NCBI GenBank assembly: GCA_963823555.1
Contig: CAWGMA010000003.1
Location: 64,001-128,000 of the forward strand
From: Candidatus Eiseniibacteriota bacterium
GTDB lineage: Bacteria > Eisenbacteria > RBG-16-71-46 > CAVPCR01
Length of the DNA stretch: 64,000 bases
Direction of reading: 5' to 3'
In this document: in pieces, positions 13,499 to 22,450 of the stretch
Position numbering within the stretch: position 1 is the first letter of the stretch
How the letters are laid out: every line of letters starts with the position of its first letter
Notes under the pieces: generated by a model
The model's input: only the letters and a program-made list of their open reading frames with translations
What the model was told of the DNA's origin: nothing
Databases searched by the model: none
Translations under genes and position numbers: made by a program

Positions 13499-14350
13499 AT
13501 GGACGGCGGATGGGACGATCGCGACCTGAGAAACGACCCGGACCAGGACCGAGAAGCGGGCGAGACGGGCAGCGGCACGGGACAGCCGCCCCGTGAGGCC
13601 TCACCTCCACGCGAGGAGCCACCCACCACCGGAGGAACACCGCCGGGCGGGCCGCCCCTCGGCGCGCCCCCGGGCTACGGATCGCCGCCTCCTCCCTCCG
13701 GGCCCGGCGGCATTCCCTGGGAACAGCGCGATCGGATCGGCTTCTTCCCGGCTCTGATCGAGACCATCAAGCAGTCTCTCTTCCAGCCCTCGACTTTCTT
13801 CTCGCGGCTCCCTCCGCAGGGACCCGTGCCGCCACCGCCGCTCGGCGCCGTCGGCAGCCCGCTCCTGTTCGCGATCCTCGTCGGCGTGCCGGCCGTCATC
13901 ATGAGCATCTACTGGCAGTCGCTGCTGAGCTCGCTCGGCCTCTATCAGGGCGGCGATGCGGCCGAGGCCTTCTTCAGCATCGGCACCACCGTCCTAGTGG
14001 CCGCGCTCTCCCCCGTCTGGATCCCGATCAGCATCCTGATCACGGCCGCTGTCATCCATCTCTTCCTCATGCTGGTCGGCGGAGCTCGGGAGGGATTCCT
14101 CGCCACCTTCCGTGTCCTCTGCTACGCCTCGGCGCCCGAGCTGTTCCAGCTCGTCCCTGTCTGCGGCGGGCTCGTGAGCACCGTCTGGTGGCTCGTCATC
14201 GCCGTGATCGGATTGAAGGAAGTGCATCGGACCACCCTTGGCCGCTCGCTCGCCGCCGTCCTCCTGCCGGCGCTCGTCTGCTGTGGAATCGTCCTCTACA
14301 TGCTGATGCTGGCGGGAGTCGCGGGCTGGCTGGGGCTGCAATCGCTCTGA
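13499..14350 (+). CDS. YIP1-family membrane protein with Pro-rich N-terminus
   Basis: GGAGG RBS, 'IPWEQR...FQPSTFF', five hydrophobic helices, 'ATFRVLCYA'. Confidence 0.75.
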   Translation: MDGGWDDRDLRNDPDQDREAGETGSGTGQPPREASPPREEPPTTGGTPPGGPPLGAPPGYGSPPPPSGPGGIPWEQRDRIGFFPALIETIKQSLFQPSTFFSRLPPQGPVPPPPLGAVGSPLLFAILVGVPAVIMSIYWQSLLSSLGLYQGGDAAEAFFSIGTTVLVAALSPVWIPISILITAAVIHLFLMLVGGAREGFLATFRVLCYASAPELFQLVPVCGGLVSTVWWLVIAVIGLKEVHRTTLGRSLAAVLLPALVCCGIVLYMLMLAGVAGWLGLQSL

Positions 14351-14358
14351 GTCGGGCC

Positions 14359-14784
14359 ATGGACCCTGAGACCGCGAGAAGAAGGGCCGATCGCCGCACG
14401 CTCGCCCTCCTCGGAGGCGTCGCTGCGGCGATGCTGCTCTTCCTGTTGAGCCTGCCGCCGGCGGGCGCGCTACTCGGGGCCCTATCGGGGGCCGGCCTCA
14501 TCGCCTGCCCATTCCACGCGCTCACCGGGATTCCCTGCCCCGGGTGCGGCGGCACGCGCGCCCTCGTCCGCCTGGCCAGCGCGGACCCGAGCGGTGCTTT
14601 CGCCCTGAACCCGCTCGTCTCGATGGCCGTACTTGGTGCGCTGTCGATCGCCGCGCTGGCACTCCTGGCGCCGTCGACCTGTGACCGCGTCCTCGATCGC
14701 GGCGGGCGTTTCCTGTCGACCCGCGCCGGCCGCCTGCTCCTGGGCGGAATGCTCCTGGCGGAGGTGGTCTTCGCGGCTCGCTGA
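14359..14784 (+). CDS. DUF2752 domain membrane protein
   Basis: Signature CPFHALTGIPCPGCGGTRA...AFALNP. Confidence 0.8.
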   Translation: MDPETARRRADRRTLALLGGVAAAMLLFLLSLPPAGALLGALSGAGLIACPFHALTGIPCPGCGGTRALVRLASADPSGAFALNPLVSMAVLGALSIAALALLAPSTCDRVLDRGGRFLSTRAGRLLLGGMLLAEVVFAAR

Positions 14785-14826
14785 AGCGACGAGGGTGAGG
14801 GGGAATGGCTGCCGCGGCGGCCGGGC

Positions 14827-16938
14827 TCAGCTGGCCGCCGGAGTGAACGCCCCCTTGCCCCGCGAGAGGAGCACCTCGACCACCAGCATGGCGAGCGCGA
14901 GGAGGAGAATCGGCCGCCACAGCTCGCGCCCCTGCCTGATCTCCCGCACATTCGCCTCGACGTCTCGATCGGCGCTCACATAGGCGAATGGATGATCCGC
15001 GAAGAGACCCTTGAGCTCATCCACGTCCGCGACCGTGAGGTCGCTCTCACGGGTATCGGTGTTGACGGCGGTGAGAGCCACGTCGGCGCCCGAGTCGTCG
15101 ACGATTGGATAGATGCCAGGTCGCTCGATGGGCGGCGTGCGCAGGAGGAGAAACGCCCCGCGATCGACCGCCTCGACCGGGATCTCGCTCCCATCCGGGG
15201 CCACGGCACGATAGCGGGTCGGCGACTCCGGAACGGCCACGAGGCGCTCGATCCGATCCCCGGCCAGGACGACAGCCGCATCCCCCGTGGCGCGGGTCAG
15301 GTACCTGACCGCCTGATGCAGCATGGGCACGAAGGCGCCGCTCGTCGGCAGGTCGTTCCAGGCGCGATCGACCGAGGAGGCGAAGAACAGCACGCCTTCA
15401 CCCTCGACCATCGCCGGCAGATCGGGACGGAACTCAGCGATCACGCGCGCCCCGTTCGGCACCACCTTCACCACCCGCGTGAAGCGGGCATGCGTCAGGC
15501 GCTCGCCGGGTTCGGCACCGAATCCAGTGAACACCGGATGGCCGATCACCGTGGGCGTGAGCTGGAAGGTCCCCCTGGCCGCGGCACCGGCTGCTCCCCC
15601 TCCTGACTCGATGACGCCGGCGAGCTTGATCGGCAGGAAGCCCGGAAGGACGCGGTCGCTGTAGAAGCGGAGGTCGCTCGCCTCACCAGGGAAGATGAGA
15701 AGGCCGCCGCCATTGCGCACGAAGGCGCGCAGGCGCTCGATCGCGTCCTGGTCGAGCCGACCCGGGCCGGCCAGGATGAGGACACTCATCTCGCGCAGAT
15801 CGGTCCGCCCGAGATCCGTCGCGACAATGGGTCGCGCCTCGTACGGACCCCGGCCGGGATCCGGCTCGAGGCCGAGCCGGACAAAGGACCCTGCCATGCT
15901 GCCCTGATCCGCCACCACGCCGATGATCGGCCTCCCCTCGTCACCGAGGACGAAGTAGCGGACATCGTCGATCGAGAGCCCATCCTCGGGAATGCTCACC
16001 CGTCCGGACCGCTCGGGCCAGGGACCCGGGCCGAGATCGATCCGCACCCGGGAGCTCGCTCCGGCGGGGAGCGAGGCGAACACCTCCGCCACCCGGCTCT
16101 CGCCGACGAGGGCCCGCACCGGAACGGCGGCCTGCTCGCGAGCGCTGTGATTGGTGAGCTGGACATCGAGCGCCACGTCGGTCCCGCGCAGGCGATCGTG
16201 CTCCACCCGGACATCATCGATCGAGATGTTCTCCACCTGCTCGTCGCCGAGCCCGAGGAGGCACACCGTGGCCCCGTCCGGCAGGTCCACACCCGTGGTG
16301 GCCGAATCGGCCGGTGACGGCCACCCCGAGCGCTGGAGGTCGGAGATCACGAAGAGCTCGCGGTTCAGGTTCTTGCTGGACTTGAGGAGTCGGCTGGCCA
16401 GCATGAGCCCCTCGCGCATCGACCCCGCGCGGTAGGTCGGCTCGATCTTCTCGGCCTGATCGCGAAGCAAGCCGAGATCCTCGACCGCGTAGGGCGTCAT
16501 GCTCTCGGCGCCGGCATCCGCCGTGATCAGGTAGGCCTCGTCCTCGTCGGCGAGCAACGAGAGCACCTCGGCCGCCCGCTCCCGGGCCGCGACGAAGACC
16601 GGCTCGCCCTCCCGAGCGGCCCGCATCGACCCGCTGGTGTCGAGCACGATGGCGACCGTGCTGGGCGCCTTGCCCCCGGCGCGGAGGCTGCCGGTCAGGG
16701 CCGGGCGTCCCATGGCCAGCGCGAAGAGAACGATGGCGAGAACCCGGAGAACGAGCAGCAGGAGCTGGCGGAGCTTGACGCGGCGAATACGCTGGCGGTT
16801 CAGCTCACGCAGGAAGCGTGTCGAGCTCCACAGGATACGCCGCGCCCGCCGGCGGCTGAACAGGTGGATCAGGATCGGCAGGGCAGCGGCGGCGATCCCC
16901 GCCAGGAAGATTGCATTGAGGAAGCTCAAGCCCGGCAT
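14827..16938 (-). CDS. BatA N-terminal domain + VWA domain membrane protein
   Basis: 'LSFLN...LPILIHL', MIDAS 'DTSGSM', C-terminal TM 'ELWRPILLLAL'. Confidence 0.85.
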   Translation of the reverse strand: MPGLSFLNAIFLAGIAAAALPILIHLFSRRRARRILWSSTRFLRELNRQRIRRVKLRQLLLLVLRVLAIVLFALAMGRPALTGSLRAGGKAPSTVAIVLDTSGSMRAAREGEPVFVAARERAAEVLSLLADEDEAYLITADAGAESMTPYAVEDLGLLRDQAEKIEPTYRAGSMREGLMLASRLLKSSKNLNRELFVISDLQRSGWPSPADSATTGVDLPDGATVCLLGLGDEQVENISIDDVRVEHDRLRGTDVALDVQLTNHSAREQAAVPVRALVGESRVAEVFASLPAGASSRVRIDLGPGPWPERSGRVSIPEDGLSIDDVRYFVLGDEGRPIIGVVADQGSMAGSFVRLGLEPDPGRGPYEARPIVATDLGRTDLREMSVLILAGPGRLDQDAIERLRAFVRNGGGLLIFPGEASDLRFYSDRVLPGFLPIKLAGVIESGGGAAGAAARGTFQLTPTVIGHPVFTGFGAEPGERLTHARFTRVVKVVPNGARVIAEFRPDLPAMVEGEGVLFFASSVDRAWNDLPTSGAFVPMLHQAVRYLTRATGDAAVVLAGDRIERLVAVPESPTRYRAVAPDGSEIPVEAVDRGAFLLLRTPPIERPGIYPIVDDSGADVALTAVNTDTRESDLTVADVDELKGLFADHPFAYVSADRDVEANVREIRQGRELWRPILLLALAMLVVEVLLSRGKGAFTPAAS

Positions 16939-16962
16939 CGCCGCCCGTCCCCGCCCCCGGCC

Positions 16963-17865
16963 CTAGTGCAGCCGCGCCCGCTTCTCGATGAAACGGAGAA
17001 GCGCCCGGTCGAAAGGGGTCTTGTTGGTGATCGGTACGAACTCGATCTGCTGCTCGCCACAGGCGCGGCGGTAGGCCTCCGTCCAGTCCGCGACCGTCTT
17101 CCGATACTCGTTCGCCACCACCCAGGACTGGGCGACGACCTCCTCCCCGCTCTCGAGATCGACGAACCCGAGCTCGTCGTGGAACGGGAAGGCACACTCG
17201 TCCTCATCGAGGATCTGGAACACGATCACGTCATGCTGCTTGTAGCGAAAGTGCTTGAGCCCCTGCAGGACCTGTTCGGGATCATCGAGGAGATCGGAGA
17301 GCACGATCACGAGACCGCGCCGCCGGATGCGATCGGCGATCTGCGACAGGCAGGTCCCGACATCGGTGGTGACACCCTGCTCGGCCTGCTCGAGCTCCTT
17401 GAGGATGACGCGCAGATGCCTGAGCACCGAGCGCGAGGGAATGTAGCGGCGGATCGAGTCGGCAAAGAGCAGGAGGCCGACCGCGTCCTGCTGGTGGAGC
17501 ATCAGGTAGGCCAGCGCCGCGGCCAGGTGCTTGGCGTATTCGAGCTTGGAGATGGCCCCCGCGCCGGCATAGGTCATGGACCGGCTGACATCGAGCAGGA
17601 TGTGAGCCCTGAGGTTGGTCTCGTCCTCGTACTGCTTGATGTAGAAGCGATCCGACTTGGCGTAGACCTTCCAGTCGAGGTCGCGAATCGGGTCGCCAGG
17701 CATGTACTGGCGATGCTCGGCGAACTCGACCGAGAAGCCGTGGTAGGGACTCCGGTGCAGACCCGTCATGAAGCCCTCGACCACCAGCTTGGCCTTCAGG
17801 TCGAGCTTGCGGAGGCGGGAGATGATGTTCGGATCGAGGTACTGGCGGGTCTCTGGAGCTGCCAT
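16963..17865 (-). CDS. DUF58 domain protein (MoxR-associated)
   Basis: GLHRSPYHGFSVEFAEHRQYMPGDPIRDLDWKVYAKSDR. Confidence 0.92.
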   Translation of the reverse strand: MAAPETRQYLDPNIISRLRKLDLKAKLVVEGFMTGLHRSPYHGFSVEFAEHRQYMPGDPIRDLDWKVYAKSDRFYIKQYEDETNLRAHILLDVSRSMTYAGAGAISKLEYAKHLAAALAYLMLHQQDAVGLLLFADSIRRYIPSRSVLRHLRVILKELEQAEQGVTTDVGTCLSQIADRIRRRGLVIVLSDLLDDPEQVLQGLKHFRYKQHDVIVFQILDEDECAFPFHDELGFVDLESGEEVVAQSWVVANEYRKTVADWTEAYRRACGEQQIEFVPITNKTPFDRALLRFIEKRARLH

Positions 17866-17923
17866 CGGCTTGAGTCCGTTGATCGCTTTCTATTCTTCGG
17901 GTGTTCCTATCGCGGCCGGGATC

Positions 17924-18949
17924 TCACCGCCCCGGGCCCACCGGGACCGGGGTCTCCGCCAGGAGGCGGTCGACGATCTCTCCGGCCCCGATACCTTCCG
18001 ACTCGGCGGTGAAGTTGGTGACGATGCGGTGCCGTAGCACCGAGGGCGCCACGGCGCGCACGTCCTCGATCGTGGGCGAATAGCGGCCGAGGAGAACGGC
18101 GCGGCACTTGGCCCCGAGCACGAGGTACTGGGAGGCTCGCGGGCCCGCCCCCCACCCGACGTAGTCCTTGATGAACTGCGGAGATTCGTCGGCCTTCGGC
18201 CGGGTCAACCGCGCCAGCTTGACCGCGTACTTCACCACGTGCTCGCCCACGGGAACGCGGCGCACGAGCTTCTGCAAGCTCATGATGTCGTCACCCGAGA
18301 GCACTCGCTCGAGCTCGGCCTCGTAGGCGCTCGTGGTCGAGGTGACGATCTCGACCTCCTCGTCCTCCGATGGGTAGTCGACGTGGATGTTGAACATGAA
18401 GCGGTCGAGCTGCGCTTCGGGCAGCGGATAGGTGCCCTCGAGCTCGATCGGATTCTGGGTGGCCAGCACGAAGAACGGGCGCTCGAGCCCGTAGGTCTCC
18501 CCGCCCGCCGTCACCTGGTACTCCTGCATGGCCTGGAGCAGGGCGGCCTGCGTCTTCGGCGGGGTGCGGTTGATCTCGTCGGCCAGGACGATGTTGGCGA
18601 AGACCGGACCGCGGATGAACTTGAAGGCCCGCTTGCCCGTGGTCGAATCCTCCTCGATGATGTCGGTGCCGGTGATGTCGGAGGGCATCAGGTCGGGCGT
18701 GAACTGGATGCGGTTGAAACGGAGATCGAGGACATCGGCCAGGCTGTGAATGAGCAGTGTCTTGGCCAGCCCCGGAACGCCGATGAGCAGGCAGTGGCCA
18801 CCGGCGAAGAGGGCGATCAGGAGCTCCTCGATCACGCGCTCCTGCCCGACGATGACCTTGCGGATCTCGGCCAGAATGCGGTCGTGGGCCTGCTTCATGG
18901 TCTCGACGGCGCGGACGTCGTCTTCGTGAGTGGTCGTTGTCGCCGACAA
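17924..18949 (-). CDS. moxR: MoxR-family AAA+ ATPase
   Basis: GVPGLAKT, RIQFTPDLMPSD, DEINRTPPKTQAALL, ATQNPIELEGTYPLPEAQLDRF; TTG start after AAGGAGG. Confidence 0.95.
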   Translation of the reverse strand: MSATTTTHEDDVRAVETMKQAHDRILAEIRKVIVGQERVIEELLIALFAGGHCLLIGVPGLAKTLLIHSLADVLDLRFNRIQFTPDLMPSDITGTDIIEEDSTTGKRAFKFIRGPVFANIVLADEINRTPPKTQAALLQAMQEYQVTAGGETYGLERPFFVLATQNPIELEGTYPLPEAQLDRFMFNIHVDYPSEDEEVEIVTSTTSAYEAELERVLSGDDIMSLQKLVRRVPVGEHVVKYAVKLARLTRPKADESPQFIKDYVGWGAGPRASQYLVLGAKCRAVLLGRYSPTIEDVRAVAPSVLRHRIVTNFTAESEGIGAGEIVDRLLAETPVPVGPGR

Positions 18950-19126
18950 GCGGTCCTCCTTAGGGATCATCGCTTCCGCTGAAGCATCTGAAGCATCGAT
19001 GGAGCAGAGGTCGCGGCCGCTGGCAGGTTGCGGGACCGGTTGAGAAGGGGCTGCGGTCCGGGGTCCAGCTCGAAAGCAAGCTCTTGCAGCTTAGCAGGTT
19101 GCGGTGCCGGAAGCAGCCGAGATCGG

Positions 19127-19135
19127 TTATCCACA
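19127..19135 (+). promoter_or_regulatory. Perfect DnaA box upstream of the moxR operon
   Basis: TTATCCACA in an intergenic region. Confidence 0.55.
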
Positions 19136-19251
19136 AATCCACTGCGCAGGCCTAGAACCCGGCCCCAGGGGCGGGGTTCCCGGCCGGGAGTCGCGACTCC
19201 GGACCACCTGGGGCTGGGCCGTCCTACCGGATCACCAGGCGCAAGGCCGTC

Positions 19252-20223
19252 CTACCGGGTCACCAGGCGCCGGGGATCCACCGGACGCCCGCCGCGCCGG
19301 ATCTCGAAGTGGACGTGCGGTGCCGTGCTCTCCCCGGTCGATCCGACCTTGGCGATCTCCTGACCGGCTCGAACCGAGTCGCCCATCCCGACCATGATCC
19401 GCGAGTTGTGACCGTAGAGACTCTGCAACCTGCCTCCGTGATCGATCACCACCATGTACCCGAACACGCTGTCGATCCCGACGCTCGCCACGACCCCAGG
19501 CGCCGCCGCCAGCACGGGAGTGCCATGAGGCGCGGCGATGTCGACGCCGTGATGCTCGCGTGCCGGAGTGGTGTTGACCTGGAAGCCCTTGGAGACAACC
19601 CCCTCAACCGGCCAGCGGAAGGCAGGCGCGCCCGATGCCTGTACTGCCGCTTCGGTCGGGCGGGCCCCCCCTGCCTGATGGCTCGGCTCGGCAGGGCGGG
19701 CGCCGGGCGGGAGTAACGGAATCGGAATGGCCGGCACGTTTCGGCGCGCCGTCTCATCGGAACCGCTTCCGGACTCGCGAGTCCCCTCCGCCGCAACGAC
19801 GCTACCAGCCGTCGCAGCCGACGATCGCTTGCTCGGCGGGGGCTTCGTCCCGGAGCCGCCTACAGCTTCATCGTTCCCGGAGCCGGCGCCTGCCAGGAAG
19901 AGAATCTGCTCGCGTAATCCATCCAGCTCTTCGAGCTCGCTGGCCAGCACTTCGACCTTCCGGTTCTCGATACGGAGCGCGGCGTTTTCCTCTTCGATCT
20001 CGTGCAGGCGCCTGAGCTCCGCGCCCATGCGCGCGGTGAGCACACCTCCGCCGACGACGAGCACCGCCAGCGCCGCCGCGCTGGCGAGCGCCGCATTGAA
20101 GAGCCAGTCGGGAACGCTCAGTACGATAGGCCGCCCGGCTCCGTCGCGGGTGACCGAGATCTGGACGCGCCGGCCAGTTGGCGGGCGGTCCTCGTGACCG
20201 GAGTGTTCGCCGGAGTCAGTCAT
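19252..20223 (-). CDS. M23-family metallopeptidase with N-terminal TM and coiled coil
   Basis: HHGVDI (HxxxD), YGHN, PHVHFE (HxH); typical position downstream of parB. Confidence 0.9.
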   Translation of the reverse strand: MTDSGEHSGHEDRPPTGRRVQISVTRDGAGRPIVLSVPDWLFNAALASAAALAVLVVGGGVLTARMGAELRRLHEIEEENAALRIENRKVEVLASELEELDGLREQILFLAGAGSGNDEAVGGSGTKPPPSKRSSAATAGSVVAAEGTRESGSGSDETARRNVPAIPIPLLPPGARPAEPSHQAGGARPTEAAVQASGAPAFRWPVEGVVSKGFQVNTTPAREHHGVDIAAPHGTPVLAAAPGVVASVGIDSVFGYMVVIDHGGRLQSLYGHNSRIMVGMGDSVRAGQEIAKVGSTGESTAPHVHFEIRRGGRPVDPRRLVTR

Positions 20224-20240
20224 GACCAGAGCCAGCCAGA

Positions 20241-21434
20241 TCAGCCGTCGCGGAGCGCGCCGAGCTCCTCCAGGATCCGCTCGAGATCGTCCGCGTTGTA
20301 GAACTCGATTTCAATCCGGCCGCGCCCGTTGCGACGGTGGATGTGAACCTGCGTGGCGAAGCGCCGGCGCAGCCGCTCCTCGAAGGGGTACAGCTCCGCG
20401 TCCTGTTCCTTGGCGCGGGCCACGCCCCGCCGGCGCGGGGTCGACTGCACCAGGCGTTCGACGCTTCGCACCGGGAGCCCCTGCTTGACCGTGCGCTCGG
20501 CCAGGGCGATGCAGCGCTTGGAGTCCTCGACGCCAAGGAGCGCGCGGGCATGCCCCATCGAAAGGCGCTTCTCCTGGATCAGGGTCTGCACCTTCTCCGG
20601 AAGCTTGAGAAGTCTGATGAGATTGCTCACCGTCGAGCGATCGCGACCGAGAACATCGGCGAGCTCGACCTGCGAGAGCTGGAACTCCTCGAGAATGCGG
20701 ACATAGCTGCGCGCGGACTCGATGGGCGTGAGATCGACTCGTTGCTCGTTCTCAATGAGCGCGAGCTCGACGACCTCGCGGTCGGACGCATCGCGCACGA
20801 TCGCCGGGACCGACGTCAGACCCGCCCGCCGCGCTGCACGCAGGCGGCGCTCGCCGGCGATGAGCTCGTATCCGACGCCCTGGCGGCGGAGAAGCACCGG
20901 CTGCAACAGGCCCTTGGACCGGATCGAGGCGGCGAGCTCATCGGTCTCCGCGTCGTCGAAACGCTCTCGCGGCTGGAACGGGTTCGGCTTGATGCGATCG
21001 AGCGCGATGTCGATCACCACGCTGGCGCGCCCGGAGGCGAGAGCGCGCTTGGAATCCGGGGCGGGGCCGAAGGCGTACGATCCAGGCACGGGTGCCGTCT
21101 TGGCTGTGGGTGCCGGCGGCGGGGATGCCTGCGGGGCGTCGACGCCCGTGTTGGCAGCCGATCCATCGCCTGGCACCGCCGGAGTTCGCAGTGGTGCGGG
21201 TCCAGCTTCCATGGGGGGACGTTGTGCTTCGCCGGCGCGATCAGGCACCGGCCTTTCGGCCGGTTCACGCGCCGGCTCCGGCGCCGGCTGCACCGCGATG
21301 CCGGGTGCCGCGCCGGGAGTCGGGGACTTCTCGCGATGATCCTCCGCACCGGGCTGCTCACTCGGAGCTTCGAGAAGCTCGCGAGCGTTGGGGATGAGGG
21401 CTTCCAGTCCGCGTCCAAGCGCTTTCCTAACCAT
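20241..21434 (-). CDS. parB: Chromosome partitioning protein ParB/Spo0J with long low-complexity N-terminal linker
   Basis: LGRGLEALI N-peptide, PNPFQPR, AGERRLRA (CTP-binding GxxR), ENEQRVDL, HTH RSTVSNLIRLL, MGHARALL. Confidence 0.96.
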   Translation of the reverse strand: MVRKALGRGLEALIPNARELLEAPSEQPGAEDHREKSPTPGAAPGIAVQPAPEPAREPAERPVPDRAGEAQRPPMEAGPAPLRTPAVPGDGSAANTGVDAPQASPPPAPTAKTAPVPGSYAFGPAPDSKRALASGRASVVIDIALDRIKPNPFQPRERFDDAETDELAASIRSKGLLQPVLLRRQGVGYELIAGERRLRAARRAGLTSVPAIVRDASDREVVELALIENEQRVDLTPIESARSYVRILEEFQLSQVELADVLGRDRSTVSNLIRLLKLPEKVQTLIQEKRLSMGHARALLGVEDSKRCIALAERTVKQGLPVRSVERLVQSTPRRRGVARAKEQDAELYPFEERLRRRFATQVHIHRRNGRGRIEIEFYNADDLERILEELGALRDG

Positions 21435-22218
21435 TGGCGATCACTTCCTGTGCAAGGTTGAGATAGCTCTCCGAGCCGGCACAACTGCGGTCGTAGAGCA
21501 CGGCCGGCTTACCGAAGCTGGGGGCTTCGCTAAGCCGCACATTCCGCGGGATGAGGGTCTTGTAGACCCTCTCGGCAAAGAACCGCCGGGCTTCCTCCAC
21601 GATCTGCTGCGAGAGGTTGAGACGACCGTCGTACATGGTGAGCACGACTCCCTCGATACGCAGATCGGGATTCAGATTCTGCTGCACGAGCCGGATCGCG
21701 TTGAGCAACTGGCTCAATCCCTCGAGCGCGTAGTACTCGCACTGCAACGGAATCATGACCGAGTCCGCCGCCGTCAGGCCGTTGACCGTTAGAAGCCCGA
21801 GAGAAGGTGGGCAATCGAGGAGAACGTAGTCGTACTCGCCGCGAACCGGGGCCAGCGCGCGGCGCAGGATGAACTCACGCTCCGGGACCGGCACGAGTTC
21901 AACCTCCGCTCCACCGAGACGCTGCCCGGACGCCACGGCATCAAGACCGTTGACCTCCGTGGCAATCCGTGCCTCGGCCAGGGGCTGCCCATCGATCAAG
22001 ACCTCGTAGATTCCGACGGGCTCGGTTTCGGGACTCACCCCCACGCCACTCGAGGCGTTGCCCTGGGGATCCAGATCGATGAGAAGGACCTTCTTCCCCG
22101 CCAGGGCCAGGGAAGCCCCAAGGTTGACGGCTGTGGTGGTCTTGCCAACGCCGCCCTTCTGGTTGGCGATGGCTACGACTCGACCCCGCTGAGAACCGCC
22201 AGCTGCATTGTAAACCAT
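21427..22218 (-). CDS. parA: Chromosome partitioning ATPase ParA/Soj
   Basis: NQKGGVGKTTT, DLDPQGN, DCPPSLG, QCEYYALEG, PRNVRLSEAPSFG; exact start uncertain. Confidence 0.96.
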   Translation of the reverse strand: MVYNAAGGSQRGRVVAIANQKGGVGKTTTAVNLGASLALAGKKVLLIDLDPQGNASSGVGVSPETEPVGIYEVLIDGQPLAEARIATEVNGLDAVASGQRLGGAEVELVPVPEREFILRRALAPVRGEYDYVLLDCPPSLGLLTVNGLTAADSVMIPLQCEYYALEGLSQLLNAIRLVQQNLNPDLRIEGVVLTMYDGRLNLSQQIVEEARRFFAERVYKTLIPRNVRLSEAPSFGKPAVLYDRSCAGSESYLNLAQEVIANG

Positions 22219-22450
22219 TGTCACATAACTACTTAAGTGTTTGTCGGGGCCGTCCTGATGGCCTGACGCGCGGGGCACGCTCCGATCCGTCCTTGTAGCT
22301 GATTCCTGGGGTGTGGGTCCAGGGTGTTCTGTATATCCTTTATGTAAAACATGTTAGGAGCCTAGAGCGAACACCCTCAAGCAGACCGTGCGGAGGAAGC
22401 AAGTACCAGCCTTTGGCCATAAAGACATCCTCTCGATGATCTTGGCGGGG

